Shown here one piece after another: positions 18,219 to 26,601 of a stretch of 43,648 bases of DNA. Position 1 is the stretch's first letter, and each line of letters opens with the position of its first letter. The position numbers and the translations under genes were made by a program. The stretch comes from an uncultured Spirochaetia bacterium. Lineage in GTDB: Bacteria > Spirochaetota > UBA6919 > CAYUUC01. Under the pieces are notes generated by a model, which was not told where the DNA came from, did no database searches, and worked only from the letters and a program-made list of their open reading frames with translations. Location of the stretch: assembly GCA_964447635.1 (NCBI GenBank), contig CAYUUC010000002.1, forward strand, positions 1 through 43,648, in the 5' to 3' direction.

Positions 18219-18785
18219 TTATTTATTGGCTTGTTCTTGTTCTATTTTTTTAATCTCATCTCTAAGTTGTGCTGCTTCTTCATATTGTTCCTTTTTAACC
18301 GCTTTATCTAGTTTTTCTTTTAGTATTTCAATCTGAGATTTGGTTTTAGTCTTTTCATCTTTCAGGAAGTTATCTTCAATAGGATATGATGCACTATTCA
18401 TAACCTCGTTACTTACATATATAGGAGCATTGAATCTTAAAGCTAGGGCTATGGCGTCACTTGGTCTGGAGTCTATCTCATAGTTCTCCCCTTTGTAGGT
18501 AAGAGAGATGACAGCATAATATATCTCATTCTTTAATTCAGTTACCACAACCTTTTTAATCTCCGCATCCATTATAGATAAAGTATTTTTAACCAGGTCA
18601 TGTGAAAGTGGAAATTTGGTTTTAGTACCGTTTATTTCCACGATAATGGCTTCAGCCTCAGAAAGACCGATAACCATAGGTAGTACTCTATTATCCTGTA
18701 GACTCTTTAGAACTATTGTATAGGATACGCTTTTATTATAAATATCCTGAGAATGAGCAACACTAAAAACAACAACCGGCACCAT
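18219..18785 (-). CDS. Bifunctional nuclease (DUF151/BFN) family protein with a C-terminal UVR motif
   Basis: LPMVIGLSEAEAI...SRPSDAIALALRFNAPIYV is the BFN core. The C-terminus is EQYEEAAQLRDEIKKIE (UVR). Confidence 0.8.
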   Translation of the reverse strand: MVPVVVFSVAHSQDIYNKSVSYTIVLKSLQDNRVLPMVIGLSEAEAIIVEINGTKTKFPLSHDLVKNTLSIMDAEIKKVVVTELKNEIYYAVISLTYKGENYEIDSRPSDAIALALRFNAPIYVSNEVMNSASYPIEDNFLKDEKTKTKSQIEILKEKLDKAVKKEQYEEAAQLRDEIKKIEQEQANK

Positions 18786-18916
18786 ATATTATAACTCCCG
18801 ATTTGATTATTCATTATATAATTAAAGGTATTAATTAATCACTCATATGTCAAGCTAACACTTACTGGTTTCAACTTGCTAAATAGATATAGGCTGTTGT
18901 AGAGAGGGGATTTATT

Positions 18917-19903
18917 TTAATATTTTATCAAATTGGCAGCATAAGTTAAACCTGCACCGAATCCTACGGTGATGATTATATCACCTTTTCCTATCTTTCC
19001 TTCTTCTATTGATTCTTCTAGTGCTATTGGAATTGTAGCTGATGAGGTATTTCCATATTTGTGTATATTCATATAGAACTTGCTTATATCCACTTTAAGC
19101 AGTTTAGCGGCAGATTCGATTATTCTTGTATTGGCTTGATGAGGTATGATTAGCTTAACATCATCCAGTGTCATATTTGCTCGTTTAAGTAATTTCTTAA
19201 CAGCTGTTGGTATTACTCTTACTGCGAATTTGAATACATCCTGCCCATCCATTCTTACAAAGTGTTGTCTATTCTTTAGGGTCTCTTCAGTAGCAGGATA
19301 TTGAGACATTCCCGCTTCTAATCTTATAGCAAGTGTTTTTGATGCATCTCCACCTACCACCGAGGTTATGATACCGCTATCGTCTTCTTCATTTTTGGAC
19401 ACTATAGTAGCGCCAGCACCATCCCCGAATAATACGCATGTATTCCTATCTTCCCAGTCAATAAGACTACTCAATCTTTCCACACCTATAACAGCTATGT
19501 TTTCATACCTGTTTCCATTCTTTAATAAACTATCAGCTATATCCAGACCATAGCAAAAGCTTGTACAACCCGCTTGCAGGTCAAACCCGGGTCTATCCTT
19601 AAGCCCGAGTTGGTTGATTATCTTCATGGCGGTAGCGGGGAAAATCATATCAGGAGAATTAGTTGTACAGATGATATAATCTAGTTTGCTATATTCTAAT
19701 CCGGCTTTCTCACAGGCGATTTTTACTGCTTCAGCACCCATATAGCTTGATGTTTCATCTTGATTGGCTATCCTCCTTTCTTGAATTCCCGTTCTATCTC
19801 TAATCCATTGGTCAGATGTTTCCACCATTTTTTCTAGGTCATGATTGGTTAAGACCTTTTCTGGTATATATTTTGATACACTTTTGATTTTACTGAAAAC
19901 CAT
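18917..19903 (-). CDS. fabH: 3-oxoacyl-[ACP] synthase III
   Basis: Catalytic triad contexts AGCTSFCYGL (Cys), PHQANTRI (His) and YGNTSSATIP (Asn). 328 aa. Confidence 0.93.
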   Translation of the reverse strand: MVFSKIKSVSKYIPEKVLTNHDLEKMVETSDQWIRDRTGIQERRIANQDETSSYMGAEAVKIACEKAGLEYSKLDYIICTTNSPDMIFPATAMKIINQLGLKDRPGFDLQAGCTSFCYGLDIADSLLKNGNRYENIAVIGVERLSSLIDWEDRNTCVLFGDGAGATIVSKNEEDDSGIITSVVGGDASKTLAIRLEAGMSQYPATEETLKNRQHFVRMDGQDVFKFAVRVIPTAVKKLLKRANMTLDDVKLIIPHQANTRIIESAAKLLKVDISKFYMNIHKYGNTSSATIPIALEESIEEGKIGKGDIIITVGFGAGLTYAANLIKY

Positions 19904-20535
19904 AATTACCTTCTCACATATAAAAATTTTATAAACAATAAAATAATATAAATAATTATAATCAACTAGTTTTTATAATTTTTTTAGAAAGATTTAATAT
20001 CAATATTTATCATGTTTTTCATTTATGTTTGCTAATATAATAACATTATGCTATATCCATATGGACTAAATTTTTTTATGTATCTGGATTAGTTTTTTAT
20101 GAAAAAACCTATATCAAAGAGTTTTTAGAAAAATATCACTTTTTTTTATAAGATCTTTCATTAATTCTTAGGTTGTAAGTAAAGAGTGAAATAAAAAAAA
20201 TTAACTAATATATTATTAATATCATGAATCAGTCCTACCGATGTGGTTTATAAAATACAAAATAGTAGATATTATTAATAATAATTTAAGTTCATAATAA
20301 ATTATATAAATTAATTATAAATTTATTGCCTATTCTTTATAAATAATTAAGATTGCTGATTTATTATTTTGGTAATCCTGTTAACTTAGTAAGATTTACT
20401 ATAAATTATAAAACAATTTCTTTATATTTTATCTATTATTTACTATTATTATAAATGATATTATTTGTTATTTTCTATATAAATGAAGGGAATAAATGTA
20501 TTTCCAGCAGTATAATATACGATTGAGAGGTTTAA

Positions 20536-21258
20536 ATGGCTTCTGATAAAGTAAAAAGGGTAGCAATGTCCTTTGAGGAAATAGTAAAAAGAATCGATAA
20601 GCTAGTAGAAAACGGTCATAAAATTTCTGTAATTACATATTCATTACCTGATGACGCAGAAAAAAAAATCGATATTATTATCGAAAAAATTCTGGAAAAA
20701 TATGGAAAACAAAATCTAAAATCTGCCCTATACACTGCTGTGAAAGAACTTGCCGTTAATGGAACTAAAGCGAATATGAAATCCATATTCTTCGAGGAAA
20801 ACAGTTGGGATATGAATGATCCTCATGATTATGAAGTCGGAACCAAAAAGTACAAGGAATTCTTCAGTGAAAAATGGGCTGCCGAATATGGAAGAAAAAG
20901 TGCTAAAAAGGGGAGATATGTTAAGTTAACTTTTACTCATAGCAAAGATGGATTTTGTGTTGAAGTTGTCAATAATACACCAATATCTAATATCGATGAA
21001 AAAAGACTCCGCGAAAAACTCGCCAAAACAATGAAATACGAAGATATCGTCCAATTCTATATGGAACAGTCAAGCGATTCTGATGAGGGAGCTGGAATGG
21101 GTATAGCTCTTATTGTTATGCTCCTGAAAGGTGAAGGTATTGACCCCAATTACTTTAGAATCGGTATCGTAAATAGAATCACTACATCACGTATAGAAGT
21201 CCCTTTTACCAGCGATTATATCTTCGTCAGAGACCGAAAGAAGGCTAATCAAGAATAG
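20536..21258 (+). CDS. Hypothetical protein with a histidine-kinase-like ATPase (GHKL/anti-sigma-kinase-like) fold; no DHp or sensor domain
   Basis: N-box-like ELAVNGTKAN and G2-box-like DEGAGMGIALI. No clear G1 DxGxG. GAGAGG RBS. Confidence 0.45.
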   Translation: MASDKVKRVAMSFEEIVKRIDKLVENGHKISVITYSLPDDAEKKIDIIIEKILEKYGKQNLKSALYTAVKELAVNGTKANMKSIFFEENSWDMNDPHDYEVGTKKYKEFFSEKWAAEYGRKSAKKGRYVKLTFTHSKDGFCVEVVNNTPISNIDEKRLREKLAKTMKYEDIVQFYMEQSSDSDEGAGMGIALIVMLLKGEGIDPNYFRIGIVNRITTSRIEVPFTSDYIFVRDRKKANQE

Positions 21259-21264
21259 TAAAAT

Positions 21265-22995
21265 CTAAAAATCTCGGATGATAGAATCTTTTCTACTAAA
21301 GTAATCTTCCTTATCCATGGTTAATAGCTCATAATCAGAAGAAATCTGTGGGGTAATATTGTCAATCCAGTACTTACATACAGAGTGTTTCCTATCATCT
21401 TTAGTCGAATCCTCCAAAAATAGCAGAGCGATTATGACCATATTAGCCATATCACATACTCTTCTGGCATTGTAGTCGAAATGGTCTTTATCCTCTACAT
21501 CTTTCATATATATGACCGATTTCTCGAAGATATTGGTCAACCTTTCCACCTTATTCAACAGCTTTATGTCTATGTTATCAATATAGCGGAGGGTCTCCAT
21601 CATTTCGTTCATCCAGTTATAAGCTATACCTTTCATGATTGGTCCGATTGCGGCTACAACCTGAAGTTGTGATGTTCCTTCATAGATATTGGTTATCCTT
21701 GCATCTCTGTAGAACCTTTCTACGGGGAAGTCCTTCATGAATCCCGGTCCACCATGGATCTGTATCGCATCATATGCTACCTGGTTCGCCATCTCTGTTG
21801 TATATAACTTACACAGAGGGGTAAACATCTCGGAAAGCCGGGAATACTTCTTATAACCTTCTTTAATCTCTGGTGACTTGTTGTTATAGTGGTTTAGATG
21901 GATATCATAGTTGTGATAGTAGTCTACATAGTATGATGTGAGATAAAGGAGTCTTCGACCCGCTTCCTCTTTGATTTTCATATCTGTTAGCATGGAATAG
22001 ACAGCAGGGAAATCAATTATATACTTACCGAATTGTTTCCTCTCGTTAGCATATTTGTAAGCCTCATAATATGCAGCTGAAGCTATACCGACAGCTTGAG
22101 CCGATACACCTAGTCTAGCACCGTTCATCAAACTCATTACATATTTAATCAATCCTCGCTTCCTCTGCCCTACTAGCTCACACTTTGCGTTATTGAACTG
22201 TAACTCGCATGTTGGTGAACCATGGATACCTAATTTGTTTTCGATACGGCGTATCTTCATGTTCTCGTCTCTTCTGTATAGGAACATAGATAAGCCACGA
22301 GCATCATGTGTTCCCTCCTCTGAACGTGCAAGAACTAGTGCCACATCGGCTAGTCCATTGGTGATGAAGCGTTTCATGCCGTTTAGCTTCCAATGACCTT
22401 CTTTGTCATCGTAGGTTGCTTTTAACTTTACTGATTGTAGGTCTGAACCAGCTTCCGGTTCGGTTAATGCCATAGAACCGGTGACCTCTCCCTTACAGAA
22501 TAGAGGTAGATAATGCTCCTTCTGGTCTTCATCTCCGAAGAAGTATATCGTCTCACCTATCTCCTGAAGACCGAAGATGTTCATGAGTGATGCATCAGCC
22601 CTGCTTATCATCTCTACTGCTATGGTATAGATGGAAGTAGGGCAATTGAGACCACCATATTTTCTAGGTATTGTGAAGCCCATCAATCCAGCCTGCTTGA
22701 GCCTTTTCATGTTATCCTGGGTTCCTTTAGCATAGGTAACATCTCCATTTTCATAATGAGCACCTTCTTCATCGACGGACTCTGCCCTTATCGATATGTA
22801 GTTGCCGCAGATGTCGCCCATTACTTCCAATATATGATGATAGTTGTCCATTGCTTCTTTATAGTCTTCAGGTGCGTAATCTATGTTATGTTTATAATAA
22901 TCTTCAAAATCTTTCTCTTTTAATCTTACTATTGTGCTTAAATCCATATTCTTTAGATTAAAAAGAATATCCTTGTTTTCTGTAAAGTAGTTCAT
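21265..22995 (-). CDS. Acyl-CoA dehydrogenase family protein (long, 576 aa)
   Basis: ALTEPEAGSDL and the C-terminal IYEGTSQLQ motif. Immediately downstream of etfBA on the same strand. Confidence 0.88.
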   Translation of the reverse strand: MNYFTENKDILFNLKNMDLSTIVRLKEKDFEDYYKHNIDYAPEDYKEAMDNYHHILEVMGDICGNYISIRAESVDEEGAHYENGDVTYAKGTQDNMKRLKQAGLMGFTIPRKYGGLNCPTSIYTIAVEMISRADASLMNIFGLQEIGETIYFFGDEDQKEHYLPLFCKGEVTGSMALTEPEAGSDLQSVKLKATYDDKEGHWKLNGMKRFITNGLADVALVLARSEEGTHDARGLSMFLYRRDENMKIRRIENKLGIHGSPTCELQFNNAKCELVGQRKRGLIKYVMSLMNGARLGVSAQAVGIASAAYYEAYKYANERKQFGKYIIDFPAVYSMLTDMKIKEEAGRRLLYLTSYYVDYYHNYDIHLNHYNNKSPEIKEGYKKYSRLSEMFTPLCKLYTTEMANQVAYDAIQIHGGPGFMKDFPVERFYRDARITNIYEGTSQLQVVAAIGPIMKGIAYNWMNEMMETLRYIDNIDIKLLNKVERLTNIFEKSVIYMKDVEDKDHFDYNARRVCDMANMVIIALLFLEDSTKDDRKHSVCKYWIDNITPQISSDYELLTMDKEDYFSRKDSIIRDF

Positions 22996-23015
22996 CTTAT
23001 TTACTCTCCCATTAT

Positions 23016-24026
23016 TTATTTAAGATGTTTCTTATATGATTTAATCATCATCGGAATAACATCAAACAAATCGCCTATGATGCTATAATGTGCCAGCTGG
23101 TGGATTGGAGCATCAGGGTCATGGTTTATGGCTATTATTAGTTTTGAATCGCTCATCCCAGCGGTATGCTGAACAGCTCCGGATATGCCACACATTATGT
23201 ATAACTTGGGTCGAACAGTAACCCCGGTCTGTCCGATTTGATGGTCTTTGCTTATCCATCCGGCATCCACTGCGGCTCTACTTGCACCTACAACTCCGCC
23301 TATGGTATCAGCAAGCTCTTTTATCAGTTTGAAACCATCTTTGCTACCAACACCATATCCACCACCTACGATGATTTGCTCTGAAGTTAGATTTACACTT
23401 TTCTCCTTGGTGTGTTTATCCAGGATTGACACGATGAAGTCTTTATCTGATACTTCATAGTTAAGCTCTTCCACCTTGCCTTTCCTTTTGGAATCAGGTT
23501 CATCTAATTTCATTACACCTTCTCTAACTGTCGCCATTTGTGGCTTGGTCTGGGGATTTACGATGGTTGCGATGATGTTACCACCGAAAGCTGGTCTGAT
23601 TTGGTATAGTAAGTCCTTGTAATTCTCTTTGTTAGTTTCGTAATCGCCAACCACTAATGATGTACAATCAGCAGTTAAGCCGCATTTAAGTGTAGAAGCG
23701 ACACGGGGGGCAAGGTCTCTACCATTTACACTTGCACCAATAAGCATTATCTGTGGTTTCTTCTTTTTTACCAGCTGAACTATTATGTTTGTGTAAGGTA
23801 AGGTGAGGTATTCTTTTAATCTATCATCAGTGTGGGTATAGATTATATCCGCTCCATAAGCGATAGCTTCTTTAGCCATGCTTTTAACTGAAGTGTCACC
23901 GATGATTAAAGCTTCAACTTTAACTTTTAGGATATCAGCAAGTTCTCTTGCTTTAGATATAAGCTCCAGCGAGACTCTTGCTATAGAATCATTTGATTTT
24001 TCACAAAAAACTAATACATTATTCAT
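23016..24026 (-). CDS. etfA: Electron transfer flavoprotein subunit alpha
   Basis: FAD-binding C-terminal motifs GVGSKDGF, GASRAAVDAGW and GISGAVQHTAGM. Confidence 0.92.
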   Translation of the reverse strand: MNNVLVFCEKSNDSIARVSLELISKARELADILKVKVEALIIGDTSVKSMAKEAIAYGADIIYTHTDDRLKEYLTLPYTNIIVQLVKKKKPQIMLIGASVNGRDLAPRVASTLKCGLTADCTSLVVGDYETNKENYKDLLYQIRPAFGGNIIATIVNPQTKPQMATVREGVMKLDEPDSKRKGKVEELNYEVSDKDFIVSILDKHTKEKSVNLTSEQIIVGGGYGVGSKDGFKLIKELADTIGGVVGASRAAVDAGWISKDHQIGQTGVTVRPKLYIMCGISGAVQHTAGMSDSKLIIAINHDPDAPIHQLAHYSIIGDLFDVIPMMIKSYKKHLK

Positions 24027-24038
24027 TTTAATAATCTC

Positions 24039-24911
24039 CTAGCCTATGATATGTTGGTCAATTAATTCTCTCATCAGACTATCAATATCATTAATGCCTG
24101 CTCCTATCTTCCTGTTATCCTTTACAGTGAGGACGACGGACTCAATCTTCTTTACTTTGGTCGGTGAGCCTTTAAGTCCGATACTGGTTTCATCCACTTT
24201 AATGTCTGATGCGGACCATTCCTCGATTAACAACCCTTTATCCTGAAGTTTAGACATTTCGGAATAGTCATCATATTCACTTTTTACTTCTGATACAGAT
24301 TTAGCTTTCTTATATTTAAGTAATAACTTAACCTGAGGAGGTCTTGGTTCATCTTCTGTATCGAGCATTGTTATCAATACCGGTGTTTTGGTTTCCAATA
24401 CTTCAAAACCATTCCCGATATTCCTTCTAGCTCTAACTTTTCCATTTTTCACTTCTTCCACTTTTTCAATGAATGTAAGTTGTGGTATGCCTAGCTTCTC
24501 AGCAGTTTGAGGACCAACCTGAGCGGTATCTCCATCGATAGCTTGATGACCGCAGAATACAAAGTCATAATCCCCTATCATTTCTATAGCCTTAGAAAGG
24601 GCATAACTCGTTGCGAGGGTATCAGCCCCGGCAAATTTCCTATCAGTGAGGAGTATTACCCTATCAGCCCCTCTATAAAGAGACTCACGAAGGATGTCCG
24701 ATGCTCTGGGGGGACCCATAGTTATAACGATGACTTCCCCACTATATCTATCTTTCAAGTCAAGGGCGGCTTCTAGAGCGAACATGTCCTCTGGATTGAA
24801 TATAGCGGGGAGTTCTGCCCTATTCACCGTTCCATCTTCCTTCATAGCACTACCAGTAATATTTCTGGTATCAGGTACCTGTTTGGCAAGTACTATAATC
24901 TTATAGCTCAT
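24039..24911 (-). CDS. etfB: Electron transfer flavoprotein subunit beta
   Basis: N-terminus KIIVLAKQVPD, then DRVILLTD and GHQAIDGDTAQVGP. 290 aa, about 25-30 aa longer than typical at the C-terminus. Confidence 0.92.
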   Translation of the reverse strand: MSYKIIVLAKQVPDTRNITGSAMKEDGTVNRAELPAIFNPEDMFALEAALDLKDRYSGEVIVITMGPPRASDILRESLYRGADRVILLTDRKFAGADTLATSYALSKAIEMIGDYDFVFCGHQAIDGDTAQVGPQTAEKLGIPQLTFIEKVEEVKNGKVRARRNIGNGFEVLETKTPVLITMLDTEDEPRPPQVKLLLKYKKAKSVSEVKSEYDDYSEMSKLQDKGLLIEEWSASDIKVDETSIGLKGSPTKVKKIESVVLTVKDNRKIGAGINDIDSLMRELIDQHIIG

Positions 24912-25090
24912 AATTACCCAACCTTATAATATTTTTTAAGATATTTAATTGATAATATAAGTTAAAAAATATTAATAAAAACATGGGGGATGTCAATTAT
25001 AAATGAATTTCGCTAAAATCTTATTAATATCTTTTTGCTTAGTAATTATGTTTTTAGATTGGTTTTACTTATTCGAATTCTTAAAAAGTT

Positions 25091-26050
25091 TTATATTGAT
25101 ATCTTTCTAATTTCTGTTGTATAATTAATATTTAAGTTTCCTAAATCTAACATAGTAATTGGTCTTCTATTAATCTTATACTTTGATGCTGGTAGATACT
25201 CTTCTATAAATGGAAGACCCGGTGTATAGTAAAATGAACCACCAATTCTAAGTGATTTTAATATTTCCATAAACCTTAGCATGTACTTTTCAGGATTACC
25301 ATTTAAATCATAATGATTATTTATGAAATGGTTAGAAAAGGACATATGCGATATGATGGTTCCCCAGGTATTCTCCTCAAGAGGATAATCGAACCAATCC
25401 TCTTCGATTAGATAGGGAGAATCTTTAACCAGTCGGTCGATGCCATATACTCCATCAAAGCCTCTATCAGTAATGTATCTAACCAAATTTCCATTTACAC
25501 CGCATCCAATATCCAGAATCGGTCCCCTTAATCTACTCATATCAATTCCTAGCAATCCAAGCTGGAATTCAGGACTATATTCGCTACATACTTTACTGGT
25601 AAGAATCGTTTTGCCATATATAGAAAGCATATTTGAAATGAAAGCTTTATGGTTTAAAAAGTGGTTCCTAAGAAGGTTTTCCATATTATGCTTAATCTGG
25701 GTGTTAGTCGAAGGTTTAGATAGAATGCTTTGGATTTGGTTTATGTATTCATTATATAGGGTATACAATCCTTTTTCTGTTCTATCATCTATGCGTATAA
25801 ACTGGTTATTGTTATATATGAACAGCTTTGTTGACCTTACGAAAAGATTGATCAGTCTTCTGATGGTATTTTTGTCGGATAATGATTGATAGATTTGTTC
25901 TCGATATAGGGTATAAGCATTGATGATATCATCTTCTGCGGTGATAAAATCATTATCCAGGTTATATACTTGGATTATAGATTTATCGGAAAATCTGGTG
26001 TATCGATTTTCAATTAATTTTTGTATCAAGTGGTTGATATTATGTTTCAT
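25091..26050 (-). CDS. Class I SAM-dependent methyltransferase with a ~170-aa N-terminal domain of unknown function
   Basis: Motif I ILDIGCGVNGNL in the C-terminal half. The N-terminal half is not recognisable. Confidence 0.65.
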   Translation of the reverse strand: MKHNINHLIQKLIENRYTRFSDKSIIQVYNLDNDFITAEDDIINAYTLYREQIYQSLSDKNTIRRLINLFVRSTKLFIYNNNQFIRIDDRTEKGLYTLYNEYINQIQSILSKPSTNTQIKHNMENLLRNHFLNHKAFISNMLSIYGKTILTSKVCSEYSPEFQLGLLGIDMSRLRGPILDIGCGVNGNLVRYITDRGFDGVYGIDRLVKDSPYLIEEDWFDYPLEENTWGTIISHMSFSNHFINNHYDLNGNPEKYMLRFMEILKSLRIGGSFYYTPGLPFIEEYLPASKYKINRRPITMLDLGNLNINYTTEIRKISI

Positions 26051-26259
26051 GGTTTAATATGGTTTTTATAAGATTAGTTAAATTTAATAAAATTCCTCCC
26101 ATTTGGTTCTATCTATCTGATAAAAAATATTAATTTAGGTGTTTCTATAAGTGAGTATATATAGTGAGAATAGAATTTATATACGATAAAATTTAGGATG
26201 TATCTCAAAATACTTGACTTATTACAATTATTAGATTACCTTAATATATGTAATGTAAT

Positions 26260-26274
26260 TGAGATTTAATATCA
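26260..26274. promoter_or_regulatory. 7-1-7 operator copy upstream of feoA (TGAGATT-T-AATATCA)
   Basis: One mismatch in the right arm relative to the perfect palindrome at 68-82. Ends 27 nt before the feoA ATG. Confidence 0.55.
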
Positions 26275-26301
26275 TAATTAATCATAAATAAAGGTATATA
26301 T

Positions 26302-26514
26302 ATGAGTTTATCAGAAACCAAAACTGACACTATTGTCAGTGTTACAAAAATTAACAGCAATCCATACCGTAATAGACTTATGGAGATGGGCTTTTATCCT
26401 GGAGCTAAGATAAAGATAGCCAAAAACTCAAAGATAGACCCGCTTGTTGTTATAGTTGGGGAAAGTAGATATAGTTTAAACAAGGAGCTAGCACATCATA
26501 TAATCGTTGATTAG
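26302..26514 (+). CDS. feoA: Ferrous iron transport protein A
   Basis: 70-aa SH3-like FeoA pattern (RLMEMGFYPGAKIKI...VIVGESRYSLNKELAHHIIV). Directly upstream of feoB. Confidence 0.9.
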   Translation: MSLSETKTDTIVSVTKINSNPYRNRLMEMGFYPGAKIKIAKNSKIDPLVVIVGESRYSLNKELAHHIIVD

Positions 26515-26561
26515 CAATTAAGTGGGTAAAATGGGTAGGTTATATTTTTTTCAATATAAAT

Positions 26562-26576
26562 TGAGATTTAATCTTA
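26562..26576. promoter_or_regulatory. 7-1-7 operator copy in the feoA-feoB intergenic region (TGAGATT-T-AATCTTA)
   Basis: One mismatch in the right arm. Ends 25 nt before the feoB ATG. Confidence 0.55.
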
Positions 26577-26601
26577 ATATCAAAAAGGATAAAATAAGAA
26601 G

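Noticed and set aside
19904-20535. The long AT-rich spacer as a replication origin.
   Set aside because: I found no cluster of DnaA boxes (TTATCCACA or its complement); the only resemblance is a single 2-mismatch match near 20243. There is no dnaA, dnaN or gidA context either.
25003-25110. 35-aa hydrophobic small ORF (MNFAKILLISFCLVIMFLDWFYLFEFLKSFILISF) in the etfB-methyltransferase spacer.
   Set aside because: No Shine-Dalgarno sequence. It overlaps the 3' end of the convergent methyltransferase gene, and T-rich DNA yields such ORFs by chance. It could be revisited if ribosome-profiling data exist.
25440-25889. 149-aa ORF antisense to the SAM methyltransferase gene.
   Set aside because: It lies entirely inside a CDS that has a clear SAM-binding motif. 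The translation is Leu/Ser/Phe-rich with no domain signature and no RBS.
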